The position numbers were made by a program, and so were the translations under genes. The notes under the pieces are model-generated. The model was not told where the DNA came from. It searched no databases and saw nothing but the letters and a program-made list of their open reading frames with translations. DNA of 64,000 nt from the IMG/VR virus record IMGVR_UViG_3300037086_000360, positions 186,112 through 250,111 of that record. One strand, written 5' to 3'. Positions within the stretch are counted from its first letter, which is position 1, and each line of letters opens with the position of its first letter. Positions 1-7,255 of this stretch are shown here, piece by piece.

Positions 1-2
1 AT

Positions 3-278
3 CATGATGGTAGAAAATACTACGAGATTCCATTTATCTCTTCTCAAGTAGATGAATGGATAGGCGGTCTTTTTACTAAGATTGTTGTTTCTGTTGATTC
101 TGAGGAAGAAGTTCTTCAGCTTCAAAAGAAAGCGGATGAAGCAGGTATCATAAACGCAGTAGTGACTGATGCCGGACTCACAGAATTCCATGGAATTCCA
201 ACCATCACTTGTATTTCAATTGGACCAGATGATCCAGAAAAAATTGACAAGATTACTGGAGAACTACCTCTTCTATGA
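3..278 (+). CDS. pth2: Peptidyl-tRNA hydrolase type 2, C-terminal part (runs off the left edge)
   Basis: Frame 3 reads ...WIGGLFTKIVVSVDSEEE...VVTDAGLTEFHGIPTITCISIGP...IDKITGELPLL*, with the Pth2 DAGxT and IGP motifs. Absent from the ORF track because its start lies upstream. Confidence 0.92.
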   Translation, partial: HDGRKYYEIPFISSQVDEWIGGLFTKIVVSVDSEEEVLQLQKKADEAGIINAVVTDAGLTEFHGIPTITCISIGPDDPEKIDKITGELPLL

Positions 279-499
279 TAGAAGAAGGGTTGGAATGGCT
301 GTCGCAGACAGATGAAGAAATTGTCGAAGAAGCCAAACGACTTTTATGTCCGTTGCCATTTACTCATTTTAACAATGTAACCGTACTTGATAAGAAGCAC
401 TTTCTTTTTTCTTTTGCCGACAATACATGCCAAATTGCAATTCTCGTAGGGGACATTGTTACGCTTGGACCAAGAATTCCGTTTGCTGAACGTACATGA
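275..499 (+). CDS. Hypothetical protein
   Basis: ATGA overlap with the pth2 stop; VEEAK.LL motif shared with 22243..22572. Confidence 0.55.
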   Translation: MIEEGLEWLSQTDEEIVEEAKRLLCPLPFTHFNNVTVLDKKHFLFSFADNTCQIAILVGDIVTLGPRIPFAERT

Positions 500-519
500 A
501 AAAAGAAAATTAAGAAGGG

Positions 520-672
520 AGATATGCAGCGGTAGATAGAGTTTCATCAACCCAAACCGGAAGTTGCCAGTTCGAATCTGGTCAAGTGAATGCATCAATA
601 AGTGGTTCACTTGTAGTTCAATTGGATAGAACGCCAGTCGTATTAGACTTTATTTAAAAAATTCGCATATTT
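520..672 (+). ncRNA. Circularly permuted tRNA-like RNA 1 (Arg-like; YrlA/Y-RNA-like architecture)
   Basis: T arm GCCAG-TTCGAAT-CTGGT (566-582) and acceptor 3' strand CAAGTGA (583-589) precede acceptor 5' strand TCACTTG (607-613) and D arm GTTC-AATTGGATA-GAAC (616-632). The ends pair: AGATATGC (520-527) with GCATATTT (665-672). Confidence 0.8.
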
Positions 673-679
673 TCTTTTA

Positions 680-916
680 ATGGACGAAGCCCTTTGTGCT
701 AAGAATCTAATGCTCGAAAGAGATTGTGCAAAATGTCGCATTGCGAGAGACACTTATCTCGATTTTGTCGATAATTGGAAACAAATCAATGAAGAGCTTC
801 AGAAGCAAGGATGCATTGGTTCATTTAAATTGAAATCAGATGGGACCGAATATGAGTTTTGGGGTCCGCAAGTTGGAGTTTGTGATCACTACATCCCTTT
901 CAAAGGGAAAGAATAA
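680..916 (+). CDS. Hypothetical Cys-containing protein
   Basis: 78-aa ORF filling the gap between the two permuted RNAs. Confidence 0.55.
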   Translation: MDEALCAKNLMLERDCAKCRIARDTYLDFVDNWKQINEELQKQGCIGSFKLKSDGTEYEFWGPQVGVCDHYIPFKGKE

Positions 917-945
917 GTGATTTCGACATAGAATAAAGATAATAC

Positions 946-1092
946 AGTATGCAGCGGGGTTAGAGTTACATCAATAGGAACCGGCGCCGTAAGGCATGTT
1001 GGTTCGAGACCAACCTCACTCAGTAATGGGTGAGTGGTGAAATTGGCAGACACACTGGTAAAAGAAAAAACTCTTTCTAGAATTCGCATACT
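946..1092 (+). ncRNA. Circularly permuted tRNA-like RNA 2 (Leu-like, long variable arm)
   Basis: Order is ACCGG, V-arm GCC-GTAA-GGC, T arm GTTGG-TTCGAGA-CCAAC, CTCACTC-A (980-1022), short loop, GGGTGAG, Leu-type D arm GTGAAATTGGCAGACAC, CTGGT (1028-1059). The ends pair: AGTATGC with GCATACT. Confidence 0.82.
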
Positions 1093-1131
1093 ATTTTATA
1101 AAGTCGCGGGAAACCGCAAAAGGAGAACAAA

Positions 1132-1398
1132 ATGTTTGACATCGTATTGGCTGCCATTTCAGCAGTCATCGCCGTCGGAGTAATCCAGTTCCTCAAGAAC
1201 GTTTGGAAGACGGCTCCTCGCTGGGTATGGCAAGTCGCTCTACCAGTCCTAGTCGTTGCACTAGTATTGGTTCTGTCACTCATTCCGGCATGGCTAGTGG
1301 TTATGCTTCTTGCTTTGGCTATTGCCCAGCTTGGGTATGAGACCATTGTCAAGTTGCTCATTAGCGTCTACCAGAAGTTTTTCCCACCAAAGGCCTAA
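1132..1398 (+). CDS. Small multi-TM membrane protein (holin-like)
   Basis: AAGGAG RBS; 88 aa with three hydrophobic segments. Confidence 0.55.
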   Translation: MFDIVLAAISAVIAVGVIQFLKNVWKTAPRWVWQVALPVLVVALVLVLSLIPAWLVVMLLALAIAQLGYETIVKLLISVYQKFFPPKA

Positions 1399-1408
1399 AT
1401 GATCATTT

Positions 1409-1440
1409 GAACTGGCTCCACACGGAGCCAGTTCTTTTCT
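1409..1440 (+). terminator. Intrinsic terminator
   Basis: GAACTGGCTCC-ACAC-GGAGCCAGTTC followed by TTTT. Confidence 0.8.
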
Positions 1441-1513
1441 CTAATAATAGTGCCCTTCAATAAGGTTGTTGAAGGCTCGTTTTATCTCCAACGTATATCG
1501 AAGGAGGTATTAC

Positions 1514-1954
1514 GTGAAAAAAATGTTTTTGTTTTTATTGCTTTTGGTAGCATCTTTTTCTTTACTGATAATGGCCTGTCCAACGACAGCCACATTAATT
1601 TCTGGATTCGTTGTCAGCGGAGCTGCCACGACGAATGGTTTCAGCATAGATTCAACTATTCCAGCCACTATATCCATAGTGGGCCCCCCAAATCTTTCTT
1701 TAAACATTCCATCTCCACCATCAACTTCAGTCTCTTATTCAGTTCCAAATGTTCCGGCCGGAACCTATTCATTCTCCATAAATCTTTCCACCGTTGGTAC
1801 GGTTGGAACTATTGGAGTTAATGAAACCATAGGTGGAGTGCCACAGAGTTATTTTACCGTTTCTCCTGGATCTCCAAATCTTACACTCATGTTATCTAGT
1901 TTAGTAATAAATTCAAACGAAACAATAAATATAAGTCTGACAAACGCGAGTTAG
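1514..1954 (+). CDS. Lipoprotein with a beta-rich (Ig-like?) domain
   Basis: AAGGAGG RBS before GTG at 1514; signal KKMFLFLLLLVASFSLLIMA-C ending in a lipobox Cys; Ser/Thr/Val-rich mature part. Confidence 0.65.
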   Translation: MKKMFLFLLLLVASFSLLIMACPTTATLISGFVVSGAATTNGFSIDSTIPATISIVGPPNLSLNIPSPPSTSVSYSVPNVPAGTYSFSINLSTVGTVGTIGVNETIGGVPQSYFTVSPGSPNLTLMLSSLVINSNETINISLTNAS

Positions 1955-2001
1955 GAGACCATAGGCGATTCGCATATTTATTTAGTAAATAGGAGGCACC
2001 T

Positions 2002-2202
2002 ATGAAAAGAGTCCTTATCAACAATATGATGTGCGATAATTGTGTGCATTTTGTCAAAAAGTCTTTGACGAAAGCTGGTGGAAACGTAACTGGTGCAGTA
2101 GTTGGAGAAGTTTTTGTCGATCGGCTTTCTGATGACCAAATAAGAAAGGCTGTAGAAGAGGACGACATCTACAAGGTCAGGGAGATTCGTGAGGTCAAGT
2201 AA
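2002..2202 (+). CDS. Heavy-metal-associated (HMA/CopZ-like) protein
   Basis: INNMMCDNCVHFVKKSL matches the MxCxxC motif; 66 aa. Confidence 0.75.
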   Translation: MKRVLINNMMCDNCVHFVKKSLTKAGGNVTGAVVGEVFVDRLSDDQIRKAVEEDDIYKVREIREVK

Positions 2203-2216
2203 AGAAAGATAACTAC

Positions 2217-2726
2217 ATGCCATTCAATCGTAAGTGCTCATGGTGTGGGGATCCTCTCACAGAGGATCCCTCTCTTTATCCTGATCAACATATAACTTCA
2301 CATGGCATTTGTGATAAATGTTCCTTTTATTTAGACGGCGAAAAAGCACGTCTTTCTGAATTTATTTCTTCTTTTGATCACCCAATCCTCGTAATGGATG
2401 CTGAAGTGAGGGCTGCTTTTGCGAACGATTCTCTTTTAAGCCTTCTTGCAAAGAGCTTAGAAAGCGTTGAAGGTAAGCTGGGTGGTGAAGTGATTGAATG
2501 TCAACATTCTCGTTCTCCAGAAAAATGTGGTAGAACTGATCATTGTTCTGGATGTGCGTTGAGAATGGCAGTTACACACACGATGAATACTGGTGAACCC
2601 CACGAGCATGTTAAATCATTTCATATCATAATGAATTCCGACAATACCACCAAGAAAGTAAATCTTTTCTTTTCTACAGAGAAAATAAACAACTATGTTT
2701 TGGTAACGATTGAAAAGATAGAATAG
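2217..2726 (+). CDS. PAS-domain protein with N-terminal Cys/His cluster
   Basis: CSWC...SHGICDKC followed by PILVMDAEVRAAFAN...GKLGGEVIEC, a PAS-like segment. Confidence 0.65.
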   Translation: MPFNRKCSWCGDPLTEDPSLYPDQHITSHGICDKCSFYLDGEKARLSEFISSFDHPILVMDAEVRAAFANDSLLSLLAKSLESVEGKLGGEVIECQHSRSPEKCGRTDHCSGCALRMAVTHTMNTGEPHEHVKSFHIIMNSDNTTKKVNLFFSTEKINNYVLVTIEKIE

Positions 2727-2737
2727 AAGGAGAAAAT

Positions 2738-3091
2738 ATGAGCACACTTGCGACGAATAATGTTGTGGAGTATCTTGAAAACATTGATGATTATGAAGAA
2801 ATGGAAACCTTGGACTATGCAGATCCAAACAATAATCGAGGGGTTCCATTTCTAGTTGAGCGACACATGTCGATTCCTTGGGCCAAGGCAGCAAATGCCA
2901 AAGAAGGATGGGTTGATGTTTATGTGGCTCTTGGAATTGATACTGGTGGTAGTTTCTTTGTTCCAGCAATCGATGCTGAGAAGAGAGAGGCGATAATCCA
3001 TAGAGTCTATGGCAACATCAAGATTTTGAAAGTAGAAGTTCAAGGGCCTCAAACTGCTGGATATGTCAAAAAGACAGCCGCTGTTGCATAG
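2738..3091 (+). CDS. Hypothetical protein
   Basis: AAGGAG RBS; 117 aa; ends GCA TAG. Confidence 0.65.
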   Translation: MSTLATNNVVEYLENIDDYEEMETLDYADPNNNRGVPFLVERHMSIPWAKAANAKEGWVDVYVALGIDTGGSFFVPAIDAEKREAIIHRVYGNIKILKVEVQGPQTAGYVKKTAAVA

Positions 3092-3097
3092 TTTTTA

Positions 3098-3286
3098 TTG
3101 ATGAAGAAAACATTTCTCATTTTGTCGTATGTTGGCGTCCTTGCTTCTCTAGCTCTTTTTATCAGAGCTATGGAAATACATATTGGTCTTTGGTGGATTC
3201 TCGGAGCTGTTCTTGTTTATTCATTATCAGCATCTTATTTGGTAAATCGAATCGCCAAACACTTCATAAAACTGGACTATCAGTAA
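3098..3286 (+). CDS. Small 2-TM membrane protein
   Basis: Two hydrophobic helices; in frame with the upstream ORF across a TAG. Confidence 0.5.
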   Translation: MMKKTFLILSYVGVLASLALFIRAMEIHIGLWWILGAVLVYSLSASYLVNRIAKHFIKLDYQ

Positions 3287-3889
3287 TGAAGAAAAGAAAA
3301 TCTCGCTACACAGATGCTCCTCCAGACGTCGCTGAAGAGATCAAAAATTCTGTTCCAATTGAAAACGATGGACCAACCCCAAATAAGATGAAGGCGATTG
3401 TTTGCACCCCTTTTGTCCATTTTCACAAAGATGGGACTGTCACATCGGGGATCCATTTGGGTTATCTGAAGGATGAAAAGTGAGTGATACAATAAACTGG
3501 GAAAAAGAATATAACGATCTTCTAGAAGGTGTTAGAACAACTCTTTCAGCTCTGTGTAGAGATTATCGAAAAAGAGAACCAGAGAAGGGCTGTAATTATC
3601 CAATGTGTCCCTTGTGCCAAAGTTTGAAAAACAAATGAGGTTTGAATGAAGTGTCCAATCTGTGGGACGAAATTAGTGATTGAAAGATTCAGTCCGCATG
3701 GTCTTAGTTGGGCATATTGTCCGCCGTGGAACTATAGTCATGCCGTTGTTGAATCTAGATTTCGAATCATTGCTGTTTTTTTGCTTTACTTGGATTGTCT
3801 AGTTCATAGACAGCACCACGTAGATCACATGTTAAAACGCTCTAGAGATTTACTTGAAGGTAAGGAGCATATTTGAATGTGTTTACCAT

Positions 3890-3965
3890 TCCCCTGTAGC
3901 TCAGTTGGTAGAGCGGCGCACTGTTAATGCGCATGTTCGGTGTTCGAGTCACCGCCGGGGAGCCA
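3890..3965 (+). tRNA. trnN: tRNA-Asn(GTT)
   Basis: Cloverleaf TCCCCTG/CCGGGGA; anticodon arm GCGCA-CTGTTAA-TGCGC; T loop TTCGAGT; encoded CCA. Confidence 0.95.
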
Positions 3966-4217
3966 CTTTCATTTTAAGGATCCTATGATGAAAATAAACA
4001 AAGCCCTAAATCAGGCCTCCACTAGATCTTCCAAGGCTATTAAAATCAAAGAAATCACAAACTATGTCTACGACAAAATGATGGAAGGTGAGACGGAACA
4101 TGATGGAGACTTCTGGGATCAAATCAATACCATCGTAAAAGAAAATTACAACGAAAAGCTAACCAAGAGAGCCTATGTCAGTATAGTAAAATCAGAGGGC
4201 TTTTTCGGAGATGATTT

Positions 4218-4574
4218 TTGAAAAAGTTGTCGAAAAGAGAACTTAAATACAGAAGAAATATGAAGAAGGCCGGTTGGAAACTCGATTATGATTCCAAGGG
4301 AAGCACCACTTGGAGTAAGCCTGTTTCCAGAGCTAATCGCAATGCCATGGCAAAAGCTAGCCTCGAAGGTGAAAAAATCAGAGCCAAGTTGGCCAAGGAA
4401 TGGCTTATAAGCTTTTTGGTTTATGTCGGATTTGTCGTTATTTTGAACTTCGTTGTTGCAGACGGAGTTTTTGGAAAGATTCCACTTAGTTGGCAAATAT
4501 TTATTGGAGGCCTTTCATTGATCAGCATTATAGGCCAAATCTTTGATCGAAAGAATAAGATTGGACTTTTATAG
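4218..4574 (+). CDS. Hypothetical membrane protein
   Basis: Basic N-terminus and two C-terminal TM segments. Confidence 0.55.
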   Translation: MKKLSKRELKYRRNMKKAGWKLDYDSKGSTTWSKPVSRANRNAMAKASLEGEKIRAKLAKEWLISFLVYVGFVVILNFVVADGVFGKIPLSWQIFIGGLSLISIIGQIFDRKNKIGLL

Positions 4575-4591
4575 TCCTTGAGGAGAAGAAG

Positions 4592-4957
4592 ATGAAGATA
4601 AGAACTGGGTTCGTGTCTAATAGTTCCACTAGTTCATTTATTGCAGTTGGTTTTAAGTTTCCTGAAAAGCCCGCCAAGATTCCAAAGAAATACAACGAAA
4701 TGGTCAGAGTCGATAGAGAGAATGAAGAATATTTCTTCATTTCAGAGATCATCGGCTGGGAATATGGTGAAGAGCATAAGCTTGATGATTACCAAAAGAA
4801 GTTCGATAAGGCAAAGACTTCTGCTGAAAGGGCCATGGCAGACTTTGATGTCGAGGCCAAGATTGCAGTCTATACAAACATGACTGATATGGGTGGAGAA
4901 TCATGGCTTCAGTATATGGACGAAGAAGACGAGGAAGAGGAAGATGAGATTTCCTAA
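4592..4957 (+). CDS. Conserved phage protein (MKIRxGFVSNSSxSSF family)
   Basis: N-terminal MKIRTGFVSNSSTSSFI motif, common in phage hypothetical proteins. Confidence 0.7.
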   Translation: MKIRTGFVSNSSTSSFIAVGFKFPEKPAKIPKKYNEMVRVDRENEEYFFISEIIGWEYGEEHKLDDYQKKFDKAKTSAERAMADFDVEAKIAVYTNMTDMGGESWLQYMDEEDEEEEDEIS

Positions 4958-5339
4958 AAAGGTTGCCTCTCTAGAGAAAATCACCCTCCTCATCAATGGT
5001 CATAAGATTCGCACAGAAGTTGCGCGAACAGACGAAGAAAAAGAACATGGTTTAATGGGAAGAAAAGACTTGGGTCCTCGAGACGCTATGCTTTTCATCG
5101 AAGATAGTCGTCCGTCTCTCTGGATGAAAGACACTCCCACAGCTCTTTCTGCTGCTTGGGTGTCTGCTAAGGGAAAGATCCTTGGCATTGTTGATATGGA
5201 GCCCCTTTCAGAAGAAATCTATGTTTCACCACTTCATACTCACTTTGCAATTGAAATGCGCCAAGGCGCTTTTGCAGCCCTTGGAATTGAAAGGGGTGCG
5301 ATGGTTATTTTTCCACTCGGATTTCAGGTAAAGAAGTAA
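4944..5339 (+). CDS. DUF192 family protein
   Basis: EVARTDEEKEHGLMGR...AMLFI...LWMKDTPTALSAAWV...AIEM pattern. Confidence 0.85.
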   Translation: MRFPKKVASLEKITLLINGHKIRTEVARTDEEKEHGLMGRKDLGPRDAMLFIEDSRPSLWMKDTPTALSAAWVSAKGKILGIVDMEPLSEEIYVSPLHTHFAIEMRQGAFAALGIERGAMVIFPLGFQVKK

Positions 5340-5568
5340 TGTGCATAGATGGCAAGAAACATTCTTTAATCGAAATCTATAGCTCTGGCAGTGACGCAGA
5401 GGCAGACGTCATAAGATGGTGTTACGAATGTGGAGCAATTGTGGTCGATACCGACTATGATGGAAGAACTAATGCTGGCGCTGTGTTTGCAATGAGACGC
5501 CCTAATAATTTTGTAAAAACGAAAAAGACGGAAACAGGCATTAATAGATAAAAAAGTAGGAGATAAAA

Positions 5569-5799
5569 ATGAGCACGCTTTCAACAGACAACATCGAATT
5601 AGTAGAAAGATTTCAAAACATGGTTTCGACACAATTGGACCTTATTGAGAGATATTCTCGAAAAGGCAGCTCGGTCGCAGGTCTCAACAATAAGCTTGAC
5701 GTCCAGCTTGGAAATCTGATTGCTGGACTTGGTAGATTTACACGCCATTTCGAGCAGAGCCCCGTGGTTGATGAAAAGAAATCTGCAAAAAAGTCGTAG
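5569..5799 (+). CDS. Hypothetical coiled-coil protein
   Basis: AGGAG RBS; 76 aa. Confidence 0.55.
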   Translation: MSTLSTDNIELVERFQNMVSTQLDLIERYSRKGSSVAGLNNKLDVQLGNLIAGLGRFTRHFEQSPVVDEKKSAKKS

Positions 5800-5838
5800 A
5801 TCTTGCATACTTCTATTCGAAAGGCAAAGATAAGAACG

Positions 5839-5961
5839 ATGTCGTAGATTTCTTCTTCTACTACTAACTCTCGCCACTCAATTCTAAATCACAACACAGA
5901 ACCGATTTTCTCACAAACCAGGAGGTTATCTATGTCATAGACATTAATGCCACCTCCTTGA
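5839..5961 (+). promoter_or_regulatory. Candidate leader with two in-frame ATG-TCN-TAG minigenes and an SD-sequestering hairpin
   Basis: ATG TCG TAG at 5839 and AGGAGG-N6-ATG TCA TAG at 5932 share one frame; AGGAGGT (5920-5926) is complementary to ACCTCCT (5952-5958). Confidence 0.45.
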
Positions 5962-6006
5962 CGTTTGTCGTCGTCTGATCACAACACAAACTAAAGGAGA
6001 AAAACA

Positions 6007-6534
6007 ATGGAAACCACCACTGTTGAAAAAAAGGTCTTCACCCCCAGGAATTACATTTGCAGCAAGGAGAAATACCTTGAGCTTAGGGCTCTTCAGAAAA
6101 AGACGATCGAAATTGGAAGACTCGATCGTCAGGCCAAGGCTGCATACATCGCTGCTCGTCGTAAGTTTTATCACGACAAGGGCATGACTGCTCCTAACCA
6201 TTGGGGCTACGATGAAAAGAAAAACGTAGCGATTGATTATGACAAGGAAAACGGGTTCAAATACGATGGACTTCAGTCTGGATTTTCCGACAAAGAGAAA
6301 GCCCGTTATTTGAACATCATTTACGGTATTGCCCGTGGAAAACCCTATGATAAAATTGAGCAAAGAATCACTGAGGGCAATGAGATCAGTGAATACCGTG
6401 TAGAGAAGTATTGTAAGCAGTTTGGAATCGATTTCTCCGCGGTAAAGGGTTTTATTTGGCCTTACAACACCGAGAAGGTTCTACCCAAAGATGGACTTGG
6501 CAAGACCACTCTCAAGATCACGAGGAAGGCATAA
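6007..6534 (+). CDS. Conserved phage hypothetical protein
   Basis: AAGGAG RBS; ARYLNIIYGIARGKPYDKIE motif. Confidence 0.65.
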   Translation: METTTVEKKVFTPRNYICSKEKYLELRALQKKTIEIGRLDRQAKAAYIAARRKFYHDKGMTAPNHWGYDEKKNVAIDYDKENGFKYDGLQSGFSDKEKARYLNIIYGIARGKPYDKIEQRITEGNEISEYRVEKYCKQFGIDFSAVKGFIWPYNTEKVLPKDGLGKTTLKITRKA

Positions 6535-6535
6535 A

Positions 6536-6898
6536 ATGGCAGATGAAGTCAAACAGGTGATTGTGGTAAATATGGCCGTTCCATTTCCTCTCGGAAGATT
6601 GATGGCTCAAATTGCTCATGCTTCCATGCTCAACATCGTTAATCGTGGAACTTGGAATGGAGACAAGTTTTCCATTGATGCGGACGATTTGGCCCTAAGA
6701 TTTTGGCTTAAGGATCATTATACAAAAGTCGTATGCAAGGCTTGGGGCAAGGAGCAGATGATGAAGATCAAAGCTGAAGCTGAGAAAAGAAAACTTTACG
6801 TTGCGCTAATGGAGGAAGAGGGGTTTATTACAGCACTCGCTATTGGTCCTGCGGATGTGAAAGATCTTTCTTTCACTGACACTTTAGCATTGGTATGA
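6536..6898 (+). CDS. Divergent Pth2-like protein
   Basis: KQVIVV...GRLMAQIAHAS...YTKVVCK...TALAIGP fits the Pth2 fold; GK is replaced by GR and DAGxT by EEEG. Confidence 0.8.
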   Translation: MADEVKQVIVVNMAVPFPLGRLMAQIAHASMLNIVNRGTWNGDKFSIDADDLALRFWLKDHYTKVVCKAWGKEQMMKIKAEAEKRKLYVALMEEEGFITALAIGPADVKDLSFTDTLALV

Positions 6899-6926
6899 AT
6901 GTGGCGGAGCTGGTCTCCGCCACGTT

Positions 6927-6999
6927 CTCGCTGTAGCTCGAATCTTGGTAGAGCACCCGGTCAGCCGGGAGGTTGGAGGTCCGAATCCTTCTGGCGAGG
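6927..6999 (+). ncRNA. tRNA-like RNA without an anticodon (4-nt loop TCAG)
   Basis: Acceptor CTCGCTG/TGGCGAG, D arm GCTC/GAGC, T arm GGAGG-TCCGAAT-CCTTC; anticodon arm is CCCGG-TCAG-CCGGG. Confidence 0.78.
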
Positions 7000-7006
7000 T
7001 TTTCTT

Positions 7007-7082
7007 TCCGCTGTAGCTCGAATTTGGCAGAGCGTCTAGTCGAAAGATTAGAAGGTTGGAGGTTCAAGTCCTTCCGGCGGAG
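7007..7082 (+). ncRNA. tRNA-like RNA without an anticodon (GAAA tetraloop)
   Basis: Acceptor TCCGCTG/CGGCGGA, D and T arms nearly identical to 6927..6999; anticodon arm is TCTAGTC-GAAA-GATTAGA. Confidence 0.78.
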
Positions 7083-7105
7083 TTATTTTGCATATGTCTT
7101 TATAT

Positions 7106-7177
7106 CTCTTCGTAGCTCAACGGTAGAGCAAGAATCCCTAAAATTCTAGGTCGCGGGCTCGACACCCGCCGGAGAGG
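7106..7177 (+). tRNA. tRNA with CTA anticodon (amber suppressor-like), atypical C33 and T loop
   Basis: CTCTTCG/CGGAGAG acceptor, G73; AGAAT-CCCTAAA-ATTCT places CTA at 7138-7140; T loop CTCGACA. Confidence 0.72.
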
Positions 7178-7181
7178 CCTT

Positions 7182-7255
7182 GGTCCTGTAGCTCAGATGG
7201 TCAGAGCAACGGATTCTAACCCCGTCGGTCGAGGGTTCGAGCCCCTCCAGGATCT
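7182..7255 (+). tRNA. tRNA with CTA anticodon (amber suppressor-like)
   Basis: GGTCCTG/CAGGATC acceptor; ACGGA-TTCTAAC-CCCGT places CTA at 7216-7218 (A31.C39 mismatch); canonical T loop. Confidence 0.72.

Noticed and set aside
7182-7255. Reading this tRNA as Arg(TCT)
   Set aside because: TCT is off-centre in the loop and A20 is absent. The 9-nt open loop leaves some ambiguity.
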